From assembly GCA_963737905.1 (NCBI GenBank), contig CAVTUQ010000030.1:32001-96000 (forward strand): DNA of 64,000 nucleotides, given 5' to 3'. Below the pieces are notes generated by a model that did not search any database, was not told the DNA's origin, and was given only the letters and a program-made list of their open reading frames with translations. The position numbers and the translations under genes are program-made. Of this stretch, positions 50,238 through 59,347 are shown piece after piece. The DNA comes from an uncultured delta proteobacterium. GTDB taxonomy: Bacteria > Desulfobacterota > Binatia > UBA9968. Position 1 is the stretch's first letter. Every line of letters begins with the position of its first letter.

Positions 50238-51458
50238 TCAGTCCCCCGCCACTACCAGATCGTGGGGCCGCTTGCCCAGCCGTCGTCCGCCGTTCTTCGT
50301 TATCACCACGGTGTCGCCCCACGTGCAGATGTACTGGTTATCCGCGGTAATCGCCGAGGGCTTGCAAATAAAAACCATATTTTCGCGCAGCGCGACGCCT
50401 AGCTCCTTTGCACTGTGGGCGTGAGCAGTAATGATCGGACCGTCGTCGCCGGCGCCGCGGCCATGCATGTTGAGATCCGCCTTCGCCCCAGCGGCCGGGC
50501 CCGACTTCGGCGCGGCCTTTTGTCCGGTTTGAAGCGTCAGCTCAGCCAGATCACCGACGGTAACACCAGGCTTCAGGTTCTCGAGAACCCGATTGAATAC
50601 TTCTCTTTGCACTTTGATCAGCTCGGCATGCACGGGATCGATCTCCTCGACAAATACCGGCTGCACGCCTTGCGAGCGATAACCCATCCATGACGCTTCC
50701 GTCTCATTGATAATCAAATCACCGCGCTCCAAGATACGCATGCTGGGGCGGGTCAACGTGCGCCGCGGATTTTTTCCGGACACCCAGTTGAAGTGCACCG
50801 GCATCTCGGAGCCGTTGCGCATGAGGGCGTATTGGTTCGCCGCCCAGACATCCCAATCTTTCACACCCGGCCGCGCTGCTTCGATCTCGGCTTCAAACGC
50901 AAGCTCGATGATCTCCATTGATTTGCTCAGCGCATCCAGCTCTTCCTGGCTTTTGATGTAGCGGACTTCTGTAAGCAGCGAAGTCGTATCGATCAACTCG
51001 GCATTGGGAAAGGCTTCGCGGATTTGTTTCCACGTACCATAGAAAATAGTTCCTTCCGGCGTCCGCGTTCCCTCGACTTCTCCCAGACCGGTGATGCCGA
51101 TCCGGCCGCGCTCGATGTTCAGTTCTTTCAGCCGCTGCACGATGATGCGACCGTAGTTCCGTCTCGCCTCGCGCACATCGTCGGTCCAATCCTGCACTGT
51201 CGGCCAGCGTGGCGCCGCTGAAGTCGCGATGGCAGTAACTTCACCTTCCAGAGGAAATACGGCCGCGACGTCGGCATCTCCGCCCCCGCCCACGTGGGTG
51301 AGATAGCGGGAGTTGGCCTGGTAGTCCGTCGAATGACCGCTGTTTTGCGGGGTGACGATGACGTCCAATCGTTGTTGCCGCATCAGCTCGCGCACCGCCT
51401 TCCACCGTCGATCTCGCTCGGCTAATGAAAACCGGGGATAAGGATACAGTTCAGCCAT
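50238..51458 (-). CDS. M24 (creatinase/prolidase pita-bread fold) protein lacking canonical metal ligands
   Basis: ERDRRWKAVRELM N-domain, RYLT, RYIKSQEEL, MHGRGAGDDGP and GDTVVITKNGGRRL. Confidence 0.88.
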   Translation of the reverse strand: MAELYPYPRFSLAERDRRWKAVRELMRQQRLDVIVTPQNSGHSTDYQANSRYLTHVGGGGDADVAAVFPLEGEVTAIATSAAPRWPTVQDWTDDVREARRNYGRIIVQRLKELNIERGRIGITGLGEVEGTRTPEGTIFYGTWKQIREAFPNAELIDTTSLLTEVRYIKSQEELDALSKSMEIIELAFEAEIEAARPGVKDWDVWAANQYALMRNGSEMPVHFNWVSGKNPRRTLTRPSMRILERGDLIINETEASWMGYRSQGVQPVFVEEIDPVHAELIKVQREVFNRVLENLKPGVTVGDLAELTLQTGQKAAPKSGPAAGAKADLNMHGRGAGDDGPIITAHAHSAKELGVALRENMVFICKPSAITADNQYICTWGDTVVITKNGGRRLGKRPHDLVVAGD

Positions 51459-51574
51459 AAATACGACTCCGCTTTGCGGTTACTTCAGTTGATTTCTACG
51501 ACTACAACCGCCCGTGCACGGCCAGTAAGTATCACCAAAGGGATTGGGAAGCTAGGGTACTGGAAAGGGTGAAA

Positions 51575-51780
51575 TGAATCACCCCGCAGCAAGCTGCCGG
51601 GGTATCAGAACGTAGCGATGAGAATTTATCCCAAGGGCGTCACCCCCGAATGTCTTAATCGGGGTCCAGTCAGAGTTTCGTCTGGATTCCCGCTAAGAGC
51701 ATGCGGGAATGACCGACTTGAGAGGACAGGAATTGCATTACACAGCAAGGTGCGGGGAATGGACCCCAAAAAGATTGAAT
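51575..51780. mobile_element. Composite non-autonomous palindromic element (hairpin ends with a nested ATTCCC-type REP-like element)
   Basis: ACCCCGCAGCAAGCTGCCGGGGT at 51581-51603 and degenerate CACAGCAAGGTGCGGGG at 51741-51757 flank GTCACCCCCGAA...TCGGGG...GGATTCCCGC-TAAGAGCAT-GCGGGAATGAC. Confidence 0.6.
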
Positions 51781-51821
51781 TGCTGGACGCCCATCCAAGA
51801 TGAGCGGGCAAGCGCTTCTCG

Positions 51822-53003
51822 TTAATCCTTCACGATCAACTGAAGCTCTCGCTTGCCCAACCGTCTGGCGCCGTTTTCCGTGACCGTGACGGTATCGCCG
51901 AGGCTGGCGCGGCCTTTGCCTTCAGCGGGCCTCACTTGAGGCTTGAGAATGAACGTCATGCCGGTTTGCACCTGAAGCTTAGAGAACCGCTCCAGGTCTT
52001 TATCTCCCAACAACGCTGGTCCGTCGTCGCCGAGACCGCGCGCGTGCATCATCGGATGATTCCACAGATACTTGCTCTTGCCATGATGCTCGACGGTATC
52101 TCGGTAGATCTCGAATAGCTGGCCGAATGTCACGCCCGGTTTCATCGCGCCGAGAATTGCGTCGAAGCAGGCACGCGAGATATCGATCATCTTTTGATAC
52201 TCGGTGTCCGGCGTCCCAATGACCACCGGACACACGGCCTGCGCCGCGTAGCCGCAATACTTCGCTTCAATCTCGTCGATGATCCGGTCGCCTTTTTGGA
52301 TTCGATAGTCGGTGGGAACGAAAGAGCTGTTGCTGAGGCCCGGCCCCGCGCTCAGAAAAAACAATGTCGGCAGCTCGCCGCCGTTGGCAAGCATCGTCTG
52401 CACCATCGCCCCATAAAGCTCCTTTTCGCTTACGCCGGGACTGGCGTTTTCCACCATCGCTTCGATGGTCTTCTCCACAATCGCGGCGGACCGTTCGAGC
52501 ATCGACACTTCCTCCGCGCTTTTGACGGCGCGGATTTCTTGCATCATCTCCGTGACGTTGACGATCTTCGCTTGAGGAAACGCGTCCTGAATCGCTTTCA
52601 CCGAAGAGTAGGGAATGATTCCTTCCGGCGCGCGAAATAGACCGGCGAGCCCGGAAATCCCGATGGTGCCTTTTTGCAAGCCGAGTTCGCTAATCCGCTC
52701 GATCGCGTTCTGTCCCCAACGGTTGCGCCCGTCGCGGACGTCGGCGACCCATTTCTGCGCCTGTTTCCACCAGGCCGCGCGGTTGAAGATGTACGCGGTG
52801 ACATCGCCTTCACGGGGAAATACAGTGAAAACTTCGGTAGCAAAGCCGCCAATCGTGGTGAGATAGCGTGAGTCGCCTTGCAGCTGTTCCCACCGACCGG
52901 TATTCGCCGGCAGCAGCAAGCAATCGATACCGCGCTTCGCCATCTCACCTCTAACGATTTTGTAGCGACGATCACGCTCTTCAATAGATAATTGTGGAAT
53001 CAT
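51822..53003 (-). CDS. M24 (creatinase/prolidase pita-bread fold) protein lacking canonical metal ligands
   Basis: ERDRRYKIVRGEM, RYLT, RAVKSAEEV, MHARGLGDDGP and GDTVTVTENGARRL; paralog of 50238-51458. Confidence 0.88.
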   Translation of the reverse strand: MIPQLSIEERDRRYKIVRGEMAKRGIDCLLLPANTGRWEQLQGDSRYLTTIGGFATEVFTVFPREGDVTAYIFNRAAWWKQAQKWVADVRDGRNRWGQNAIERISELGLQKGTIGISGLAGLFRAPEGIIPYSSVKAIQDAFPQAKIVNVTEMMQEIRAVKSAEEVSMLERSAAIVEKTIEAMVENASPGVSEKELYGAMVQTMLANGGELPTLFFLSAGPGLSNSSFVPTDYRIQKGDRIIDEIEAKYCGYAAQAVCPVVIGTPDTEYQKMIDISRACFDAILGAMKPGVTFGQLFEIYRDTVEHHGKSKYLWNHPMMHARGLGDDGPALLGDKDLERFSKLQVQTGMTFILKPQVRPAEGKGRASLGDTVTVTENGARRLGKRELQLIVKD

Positions 53004-53035
53004 TATCTCTTTACCTCAATCTCTGTGGTTTCCGA

Positions 53036-53122
53036 TAACTTCTTGAACGATTTGAACGTTTTGAACTGTTTGAACCAATTTCGTTCAAGCGGTTCCAGTC
53101 GTTCAAGTCGTTCAAACCGTCG
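53036..53122. repeat. TTGAAC x4 / GTTCAA x4 9-bp periodic inverted element, copy 7
   Basis: ttgaacgat-ttgaacgtt-ttgaactgt-ttgaac, spacer, gttcaagcg-gttccagtc-gttcaagtc-gttcaa. Confidence 0.88.
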
Positions 53123-53125
53123 GAA

Positions 53126-53992
53126 TCAGTGCCTGGTGGTTCGTTCGAATCGATGCCCGATCTGTATTCTGTTACCGAAGGGATCATAGCCATAAACCGT
53201 GTGGCCGCCCTGTTCGTGCCAGGGAATTTTCGTGGGATCAGGTCCCCAGTAGTATTCTTTTCGGTTGAACCGTTCAAGGATCAGTGGATACAGTTCCGGC
53301 GCGATCCGAAAATCGATGTGGGGTCCCTTGACCGCGCGCGTGCTGCGTTCGGCGACTTGATCGACCTTGCGCAGAATCACCAACTGCCCTGTGTTCGGCA
53401 CGGTGAGCGTAAACTGCTCTTCACCCGGCACTTGTCCCCCTTCCGTCAGACCGAATGTATCCCGGTACCAGATCTTTCCCTGTTCCAAGTCCGTCACCTC
53501 GACGCGGACGTGGCTGATGCGGCGCAACGGAACGGTCTTTCCCTGAGGTTTGTCGGCTACGGGATCCCGGCGGATCGAAAGCTCCACGGTGTTGCCGTCA
53601 GGATCCAGAACGAAAAGCGACTCTTTGATTGGACAGGGCGCAGTGTATTCCACCGGCCCATGCCATTTGAGTTTCCGCTCTTCGGCTGCGCGCGCCACGG
53701 CGGTCAAATCCTCCGCCGCGACTTCGAAGCCGTAGACGACACCTTCCATTGGTCGCGACGGTGTGGGAGAGATCGGAAAGTCCTGCAGGGCCACCCCCCA
53801 GCCTTTGTGGTTCGCCAGCGTGTAAAAAACAATCTGCGGCACTTCGCGATTGAGCCCGCGGATATTCAAGTTGGTGAGATGGTCGATCTCCCCGCCCATG
53901 AAAGTTCTCCAGAAGCGGTGCGCGCGCCCCAAGTCATTACTCGGAACGACACCATGGTCGATCCTTTCTATTGTCACCGTTTCAGTTACCAT
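53126..53992 (-). CDS. Two-domain VOC family protein
   Basis: IDHGVVPSNDL.RA..F, LDPDGNTVEL; ISHVRVEVTDL, PHIDF and DPFGNRIQI. Confidence 0.88.
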   Translation of the reverse strand: MVTETVTIERIDHGVVPSNDLGRAHRFWRTFMGGEIDHLTNLNIRGLNREVPQIVFYTLANHKGWGVALQDFPISPTPSRPMEGVVYGFEVAAEDLTAVARAAEERKLKWHGPVEYTAPCPIKESLFVLDPDGNTVELSIRRDPVADKPQGKTVPLRRISHVRVEVTDLEQGKIWYRDTFGLTEGGQVPGEEQFTLTVPNTGQLVILRKVDQVAERSTRAVKGPHIDFRIAPELYPLILERFNRKEYYWGPDPTKIPWHEQGGHTVYGYDPFGNRIQIGHRFERTTRH

Positions 53993-54004
53993 ATTGATTC
54001 CCCT

Positions 54005-54122
54005 CCAATTTTGGATTTTTCGATTTTAGAATCCGGCAATCGCTTGCTATGTCTCTTATCCCCCAATCTAAAACCTGTCCTGAGCTTCGCCGAAAGATCG
54101 GCAATCGAAAATCCAAACTCAA
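54005..54122. repeat. AAAATC heptamer inverted repeat with a nested CTGTCCTGAGC..CCGAA fragment
   Basis: ttttggatttttcgattttaga...aatctaaaa-cctgtcctgagcttcgccgaaaga-tcggcaatcgaaaatccaaa. Confidence 0.6.
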
Positions 54123-54130
54123 AGCTGCCG

Positions 54131-55258
54131 TCACTTGCCGGATTTCTGCCGAGCCGCTTGATGAGATCACCCACCGGCTTCCATTCCATCCAATCGTGGC
54201 GGCTGATTTCGATGTAATCGACATCCTTGCGTCGCCGCGCCGCTTCCGGCACGACATTCGCGGGCAAATCTTCGCGCATCGAAGTTGTGGTTTCGTCTTC
54301 CTTCGTGTTGTTTGCCATTCGAAAAGCGATTTGGCCTTCCCGCGATAAATACCAGTTGATGAATACTTTAGCGGCGTTGGGATGAGGATGATTGTTCATC
54401 AAGACGATGGCTCCGTTATTCGAGCCGATGCCCGGGGGCCTCTTTGAATTGATAGGGATTCACCTCGGCTACGGGAAGTCCCTGTTCCATAGCGCGCCTG
54501 AGCCGGCAGAGAACACAGATCTGATATTTACCTGATGCCAGCCAATCGGTTCCCTGGCGAAAATCGCTAAAGTAAGTGAGATCCATCTCACCACCGTAAA
54601 GCCGTTCAAGAAATTTTGGTCCGACTTGCGGATGATGGTACATAAAAAGCAGTGCCGTCGAAACGTAGTTGGCCCGCGGCCACAGAGCGATCATCTTCCC
54701 CTTCCATTTCGGATCGAGAAAATCCCACAGCGAACGGATGGATTCCAAATTAACCAGTTTTGTGTTCGTGTAAAACGGCGGCCCATAGAGCGTACTCTGA
54801 TAAACAAAGACGTATTGCCCTTCGGGATCGACGTAGCGGTGCTTGCCCTTCCACCACTTTGACAGATCAGTCACTTCGGGCAGGACCAATGCCGGTGGGA
54901 ATGGATCGATGGCCTTGCCGCGGTAAAAGCTATTATAGGTAGCGCCCGGCGCGCCAAGCATGACGTCGACCAAAAACTGGCCCGCCCGCCGTTCCGCCAT
55001 GACTTTCGTAACAATCTCACTGGTCGTGCTGATACCGACGGAATTTAGCTTGATCTTGGGAAATTTCTTCTTGAAAGCATCCCAGATCACCGTCAGATCG
55101 CCCACCGAATTAGTCGCATAGACCGCTACCTCTCCTTCTTTTTCGGCCGCTTTGACAACTTCCTCCCAGCCAGGCTGCGCGGCAATCGCCGCACCCGCAA
55201 CACTGAAAGCTCCTAAGCATATAAAAACGGCGATGAGCCAACGATAAGCCAGTGTCAT
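54131..55258 (-). CDS. ABC substrate-binding protein (AfuA-like), split by indels near 54435 and 54155
   Basis: Signal peptide, VKAAEKEG and LDPKWKGK; removing one C from a C5 run gives EAPGIGSNNGAIVLMNNHPHPNAAKVFINWYLS; probable true stop TGA at 54131-54133. Confidence 0.85.
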
Positions 55259-55290
55259 AATTGCCTCCGTTGTTGATTCTGCTGAGAGAC

Positions 55291-55382
55291 CCTCCGTTCA
55301 TCCTTCGAGGGTCTCAGGACGAACGGAGGAGTGGTTGAAATCATCTGAGATTTTCCGTTCATGCTGAGCATAGTCGAAGCAT
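55291..55382. repeat. CCGTTC..CTTCGA..CTCAG..GAACGG REP-like doublet
   Basis: Hairpin CCTCCGTTCATCCT-TCGAGGGTCTC-AGGACGAACGGAGG plus an inverted half-copy CCGTTCATGCTGAGCATAGTCGAAGCAT. Confidence 0.7.
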
Positions 55383-56324
55383 TCATTCCGTACTAATCTC
55401 CTGTCCCAACCCCCTGTTCCGCGCCTCTTCATAAGCCCATGCTGCCAGCGCCAGATCGCCGTAGCCGCCCTGGGAGTCGCGAAACACGATAACACTCTTG
55501 GACGCATCAGGCACAAGAATTTTGCCGGCTAAGAGATCGCCAAATTCCGCAATGTCGTCCCAAGACACTTTTCCTTGCTGCGCCAAGCGGATCAGCGGCT
55601 GGTCCAACTTCGTATCGTAATATCCCAGTTCGTGCGTCTTGCTCGTCACACAAATCAAATTCGATCGCAAATAAACATCATCGTCAAACTCATTGGGCCG
55701 TCCAATCCCGAAAACTGAAAGGCCCGGCCGCAGCCATTGGCCAAGCAATGCAGCCACCGGCGAATGGGTGCTCACAAGCACGATTTGAGTCTCATCGATT
55801 GCCGCCTGAGGGGAAGCGACGGCAGTAACCGGCAGTTTGAGCTTCTCACTTGCCTTTTGCGCGAACGACTCGCGGTTTTCCGGATTTCTGCTGTAGACAA
55901 ACACTTGCGCTATCGAACGAACTGCAACCGCCGGCTCGAGAATCGACATGGCCAGCCGCCCACTGCCGATCAACGCAATCGACTTTGTTCTTGGGCTGGA
56001 CAAGCGATCGATCGCAAGCCCCACGGTGGCGCTGATTCGAAGATTGCTAAAGGGATAGCCCATCACCGAAATAAGATCGCCGGAGCTAATCTCGAACAAA
56101 AGGGCAATACTTTCTCCGCCGGTGACACTCACTCGAAGACCGTTTTTATCCTGCGCCTCGAGCCCGCCGACCACCATGCGCATCCCGCGATTCATGAAGC
56201 GCAGTGGCGGCACTTGCTTGACCTTGCCGGCGGCTTGTTCGCGAAAGGTCTCTTCCAGCACCCGCATCGCTTGGCGGAGATCGAGTAAAGCAGCGACTTC
56301 AGATCGGCGCAGTAGCAGCGTCAT
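55383..56324 (-). CDS. Ornithine cyclodeaminase/mu-crystallin family protein
   Basis: LRISATVG, ALIGSGRLA and FRDSQGGYGD; paralog of 49174-50136. Confidence 0.88.
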   Translation of the reverse strand: MTLLLRRSEVAALLDLRQAMRVLEETFREQAAGKVKQVPPLRFMNRGMRMVVGGLEAQDKNGLRVSVTGGESIALLFEISSGDLISVMGYPFSNLRISATVGLAIDRLSSPRTKSIALIGSGRLAMSILEPAVAVRSIAQVFVYSRNPENRESFAQKASEKLKLPVTAVASPQAAIDETQIVLVSTHSPVAALLGQWLRPGLSVFGIGRPNEFDDDVYLRSNLICVTSKTHELGYYDTKLDQPLIRLAQQGKVSWDDIAEFGDLLAGKILVPDASKSVIVFRDSQGGYGDLALAAWAYEEARNRGLGQEISTE

Positions 56325-56359
56325 AACTAGCTCTGTGGGATCCCCGAAGGGCCGGTTTC

Positions 56360-56391
56360 AACTCGAAACGAGAAACCCGTAACTCGAAACT
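56360..56391. repeat. Heptamer tandem repeat (CGAAACN)n, copy 2
   Basis: tcgaaac-gagaaac-ccgtaac-tcgaaac. Confidence 0.6.
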
Positions 56392-56395
56392 GTTT

Positions 56396-57424
56396 TCACT
56401 GCGCCAGAATTTTTTTTATCCTTTCAACAACCTCCGGTGGCTGCTCGATCACTTCTTTGGCGATCTTGGTCAGTTCCTCACCGCTGACCGGGGTAATCTC
56501 CAACTTGTTCTTAGTTGCGTCCTCCAGGAGTGCGGGATCGGCCATGCTTTTCATAAAGGCCTCGCGCAAAATCTTCGTCCGTTCCGGCGGAGTCGCCGGA
56601 TGAGTCACGATCGGTCGGCCGAGCTCGCCGGAACCGAGCATGACGGTAACGACGCGTCGCCCGAGGTCGGAGGTCTTGACTTCGTTCATGAGATCGCTGA
56701 GCAAGGGCGTATCCGGCAATCGCGGGTCCCGCTTATGGCCGGTTTGCACCAGTATCCGGACAAAGTTTTTTTTGCGCCACGTATGATAGGGCTCACGGGC
56801 AAAGTACGCCGCCGTGGTGAACGAGCGACACACAACTTCGTTTCGCTCAGTAGCCAAATCGATCTCGTTGCCGCCGGCGTAACCCGTCACGATCTGAAAC
56901 TTTGTGCCCAACGCCTCTTCAAGCATGCGCGGGATATAGTGCCCGCTGGTTCCGGTACCGGTGGCGCCGCATTTGGGAGGTTCGGTAGCTTTACGAACGT
57001 CCTGCATCGTCTTATACGGCGCATCGGAGCGCATGTAGAGCATGTGTTCCGATTTGTCGGAACTGGCGAGCCAGGTGAATTTGGTCCAATCAAATTTCAC
57101 TTCTTTGTTGCCTTGGAGCTGGTTGAAATAATGTGCCGGGTTGATCGATGCGATGGTCAAGCCGTCAGGTTTGGCAACCTCGTAAACGAAGTTCGCCGCC
57201 ACCATGCCACCGGCCGCGGGCATGTTCTGCACGATCACGGTGGGATTTCCTGGGATATGTTTTCCGATATAGTTACCGAGCAGTCGCCCGTACATGTCGT
57301 ATGCGGTTCCCGTACCCGAACCGATAATCAATGTTATCGTCTTACCTTGGTAAAATGGCGTCTGAGCATAAGGTCCGGGACTCGGTAACAAAAGTAAAAA
57401 TACTAACAAAGCGATACGTTTCAT
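56396..57424 (-). CDS. Bug/TctC tripartite tricarboxylate transporter substrate-binding protein
   Basis: FYQGKTITLII, KHIPGNPTVIVQNMPAAGG, AKPDGLTI and VTGYAG motifs. Confidence 0.93.
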   Translation of the reverse strand: MKRIALLVFLLLLPSPGPYAQTPFYQGKTITLIIGSGTGTAYDMYGRLLGNYIGKHIPGNPTVIVQNMPAAGGMVAANFVYEVAKPDGLTIASINPAHYFNQLQGNKEVKFDWTKFTWLASSDKSEHMLYMRSDAPYKTMQDVRKATEPPKCGATGTGTSGHYIPRMLEEALGTKFQIVTGYAGGNEIDLATERNEVVCRSFTTAAYFAREPYHTWRKKNFVRILVQTGHKRDPRLPDTPLLSDLMNEVKTSDLGRRVVTVMLGSGELGRPIVTHPATPPERTKILREAFMKSMADPALLEDATKNKLEITPVSGEELTKIAKEVIEQPPEVVERIKKILAQ

Positions 57425-57720
57425 TGGGGAGTCTCCTGTGCTTTCCATAATTTCTTGGCGCGTCAGCGCGTACGCTCGACTCAAGTGCCCGCCATACTAG
57501 ATCGGACGCATATATACGATCAAGTGGAAAAAGTCTTTGAGGGATGACCCGAGACTAGCAAAGCGCTGGCATCTTGGCTGCGAGCACGATGACCAACGAA
57601 AGGTTTCAGAATATTGTTGATTTTCACCTTTGTGTCCTGCCTACTACTGTGTTTAAAAGTTTCGCAGCTCGCGTAAATCTTGTAGTGCCTATTCTGATTG
57701 TATCGATCCAGAAGAGATCT

Positions 57721-57808
57721 CACCGCGGAGGCCTGAGGGCGCAGAATAAAAAGTTTTCGATCAAGAAAAACTCCGATCTCTGGGAACTCAGCGTGTCTGC
57801 GGTGAAGT
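57721..57808. repeat. CACCGC...GCGGTG bounded ~90-bp inverted repeat element
   Basis: caccgcggaggcctgag...ctcagcgtgtctgcggtg; homologous to 45050-45145. Confidence 0.65.
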
Positions 57809-58150
57809 AAGGCTTGTTGCTTTGGTTGTGGCTCCGGCCCTGCAAAGTTCTCAAAATTGCAGAAATCTACGCGCGACGTTACACCATAAGCAGAGAGAGT
57901 TCGTAAAGCTTGGGCTTGCAGCGAAAATTGTACGTGCAAACCGGCAATCCTTGGGGACTTCCAACCGGCAACAAAATCGCTCTTGCATTTATCGTTGTTT
58001 CTGACCGGTGAGCAATTGCCAACTCAAGACAAATACGCCCACGGAAAGACAACACTTCTCTGTGGAGAAATCGCTTTATCTTGAAGACGCTGATATAAGA
58101 GCGGTATAAAAATTGCTCGCTTTTCGCCCCTCAACGAACCGGGGGAGGTC

Positions 58151-59140
58151 TTGATGGACGACAACACGTTGGTAAACAAAGGACAGTCTGGAGTGCGGAG
58201 AACCGTGATAGCGCTCGCCAGTTGTGTTTTCGGTGCGGCGTTGATCCTATTGGTATCACAAATGGGCTCCAAGTCGGAGGATAAAACCGGTACGACAGGA
58301 GAGGAGTCCTCTTTAAAAGCCCAGAAAAAGAAAACCCAGCGTGCCTGGAATATCGCTCTGGGTAATGTGGTTGTGGTAGCCCAGGATCTGGGCTTGAATG
58401 CCAAGGCTCTCAAGGGCGGGCAGGTTGAAGAGTCGAAGATCTCATTCAGACTCGAAAGCCAGTTGCAGGGCCTGCGTGAATTTTATCGCCAGGAAAGTGA
58501 GAAAGATCCGACCCTCATGGGTGGGATGCTGCTACAACTGACCGTCAGCCCTTCAGGGGATGTCACTCATGTGAAGGAACTCGTCTCGCGCATCGCCGAC
58601 GATGAATTTAAAAAGGAAGTGCTGGCCGAGGCAGCCAAGTGGACGTTTCCAGAAATCATAACGGACAGCACGACTATCACTTGTCCAATCCTGTTCGTTC
58701 GCGAAGGAATGGACATCACCACAATCGTCCAGTGGGAAAAAACTCTCGGAGAATTCAGCGAAAAATCTGCCGTTGCCAAAATGAGCCCGACGGCGATTCA
58801 ACAAAGCCAGACCGCGGAGCGCTTGAAGCGAAGCGAACCTGTTGCCAAAACCGTGACGGCGTCCAATAAACCCAAAGCCGAACAAAATCCGGAACCCAAG
58901 TCGCTACCGCGAATATATCAGATCAAGCATCCAACCGCGAGTTCGTCAGGAGCCGAACTTTGAGTTCCGCTTCGCGCTCGGTAAATTCACGGGCGGGAGC
59001 TAGGGTTACCGTTCGTTTCAGCACACGGCGACTGGGTCGAAGTGCGAGCGGATGATGGCGGTTTAGCCGGTTTCATTCGAAGGGAGTTTGTCACACCCGT
59101 CGAATTAACTCAGAAAAGCAAAAGCGTTTCATCGCAGTAG
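58151..59140 (+). CDS. Membrane-anchored TonB-C/AgmX-like domain protein with C-terminal SH3b (SH3 part frameshifted)
   Basis: TM helix, then FYRQESEKDPTLMGGMLLQLTVSPSGDV...KWTFP; beyond 58940 frame-joined VRQEPNF...GDWVEVRADDGGLAGFIRREFV, stop at 59140. Confidence 0.72.
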
Positions 59141-59347
59141 CCGGCCCTTTCTCCTTTAATCACCCTTCTCGAAACACGGAAGCGTCCTAAAGCCTCTCGA
59201 TCTTACAAAGTTTGCTCCCAAAGCCCGGCGATCCATTGCTTGACAGGAAACCGGTCACAGCTATGGCAGCTGGGCTATTGTGGAATAGCGCGGCCACGAA
59301 TAAGATAGCTTCGGTCGCCGTTCTTTTGAACCCTTCGTCAAACCCTT

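Noticed and set aside
53036-53122. Periodic repeats as a CRISPR array
   Set aside because: Units are 7-9 bp with no 25-45 bp unique spacers, and no cas genes are present.
49120-54217. Long plus-strand ORFs 49120-49974 and 53129-54217, and the LNDLN-rich ORF 53011-53277
   Set aside because: Shadows of OCD and VOC genes, or translations of the TTGAAC repeats; no independent coding evidence.
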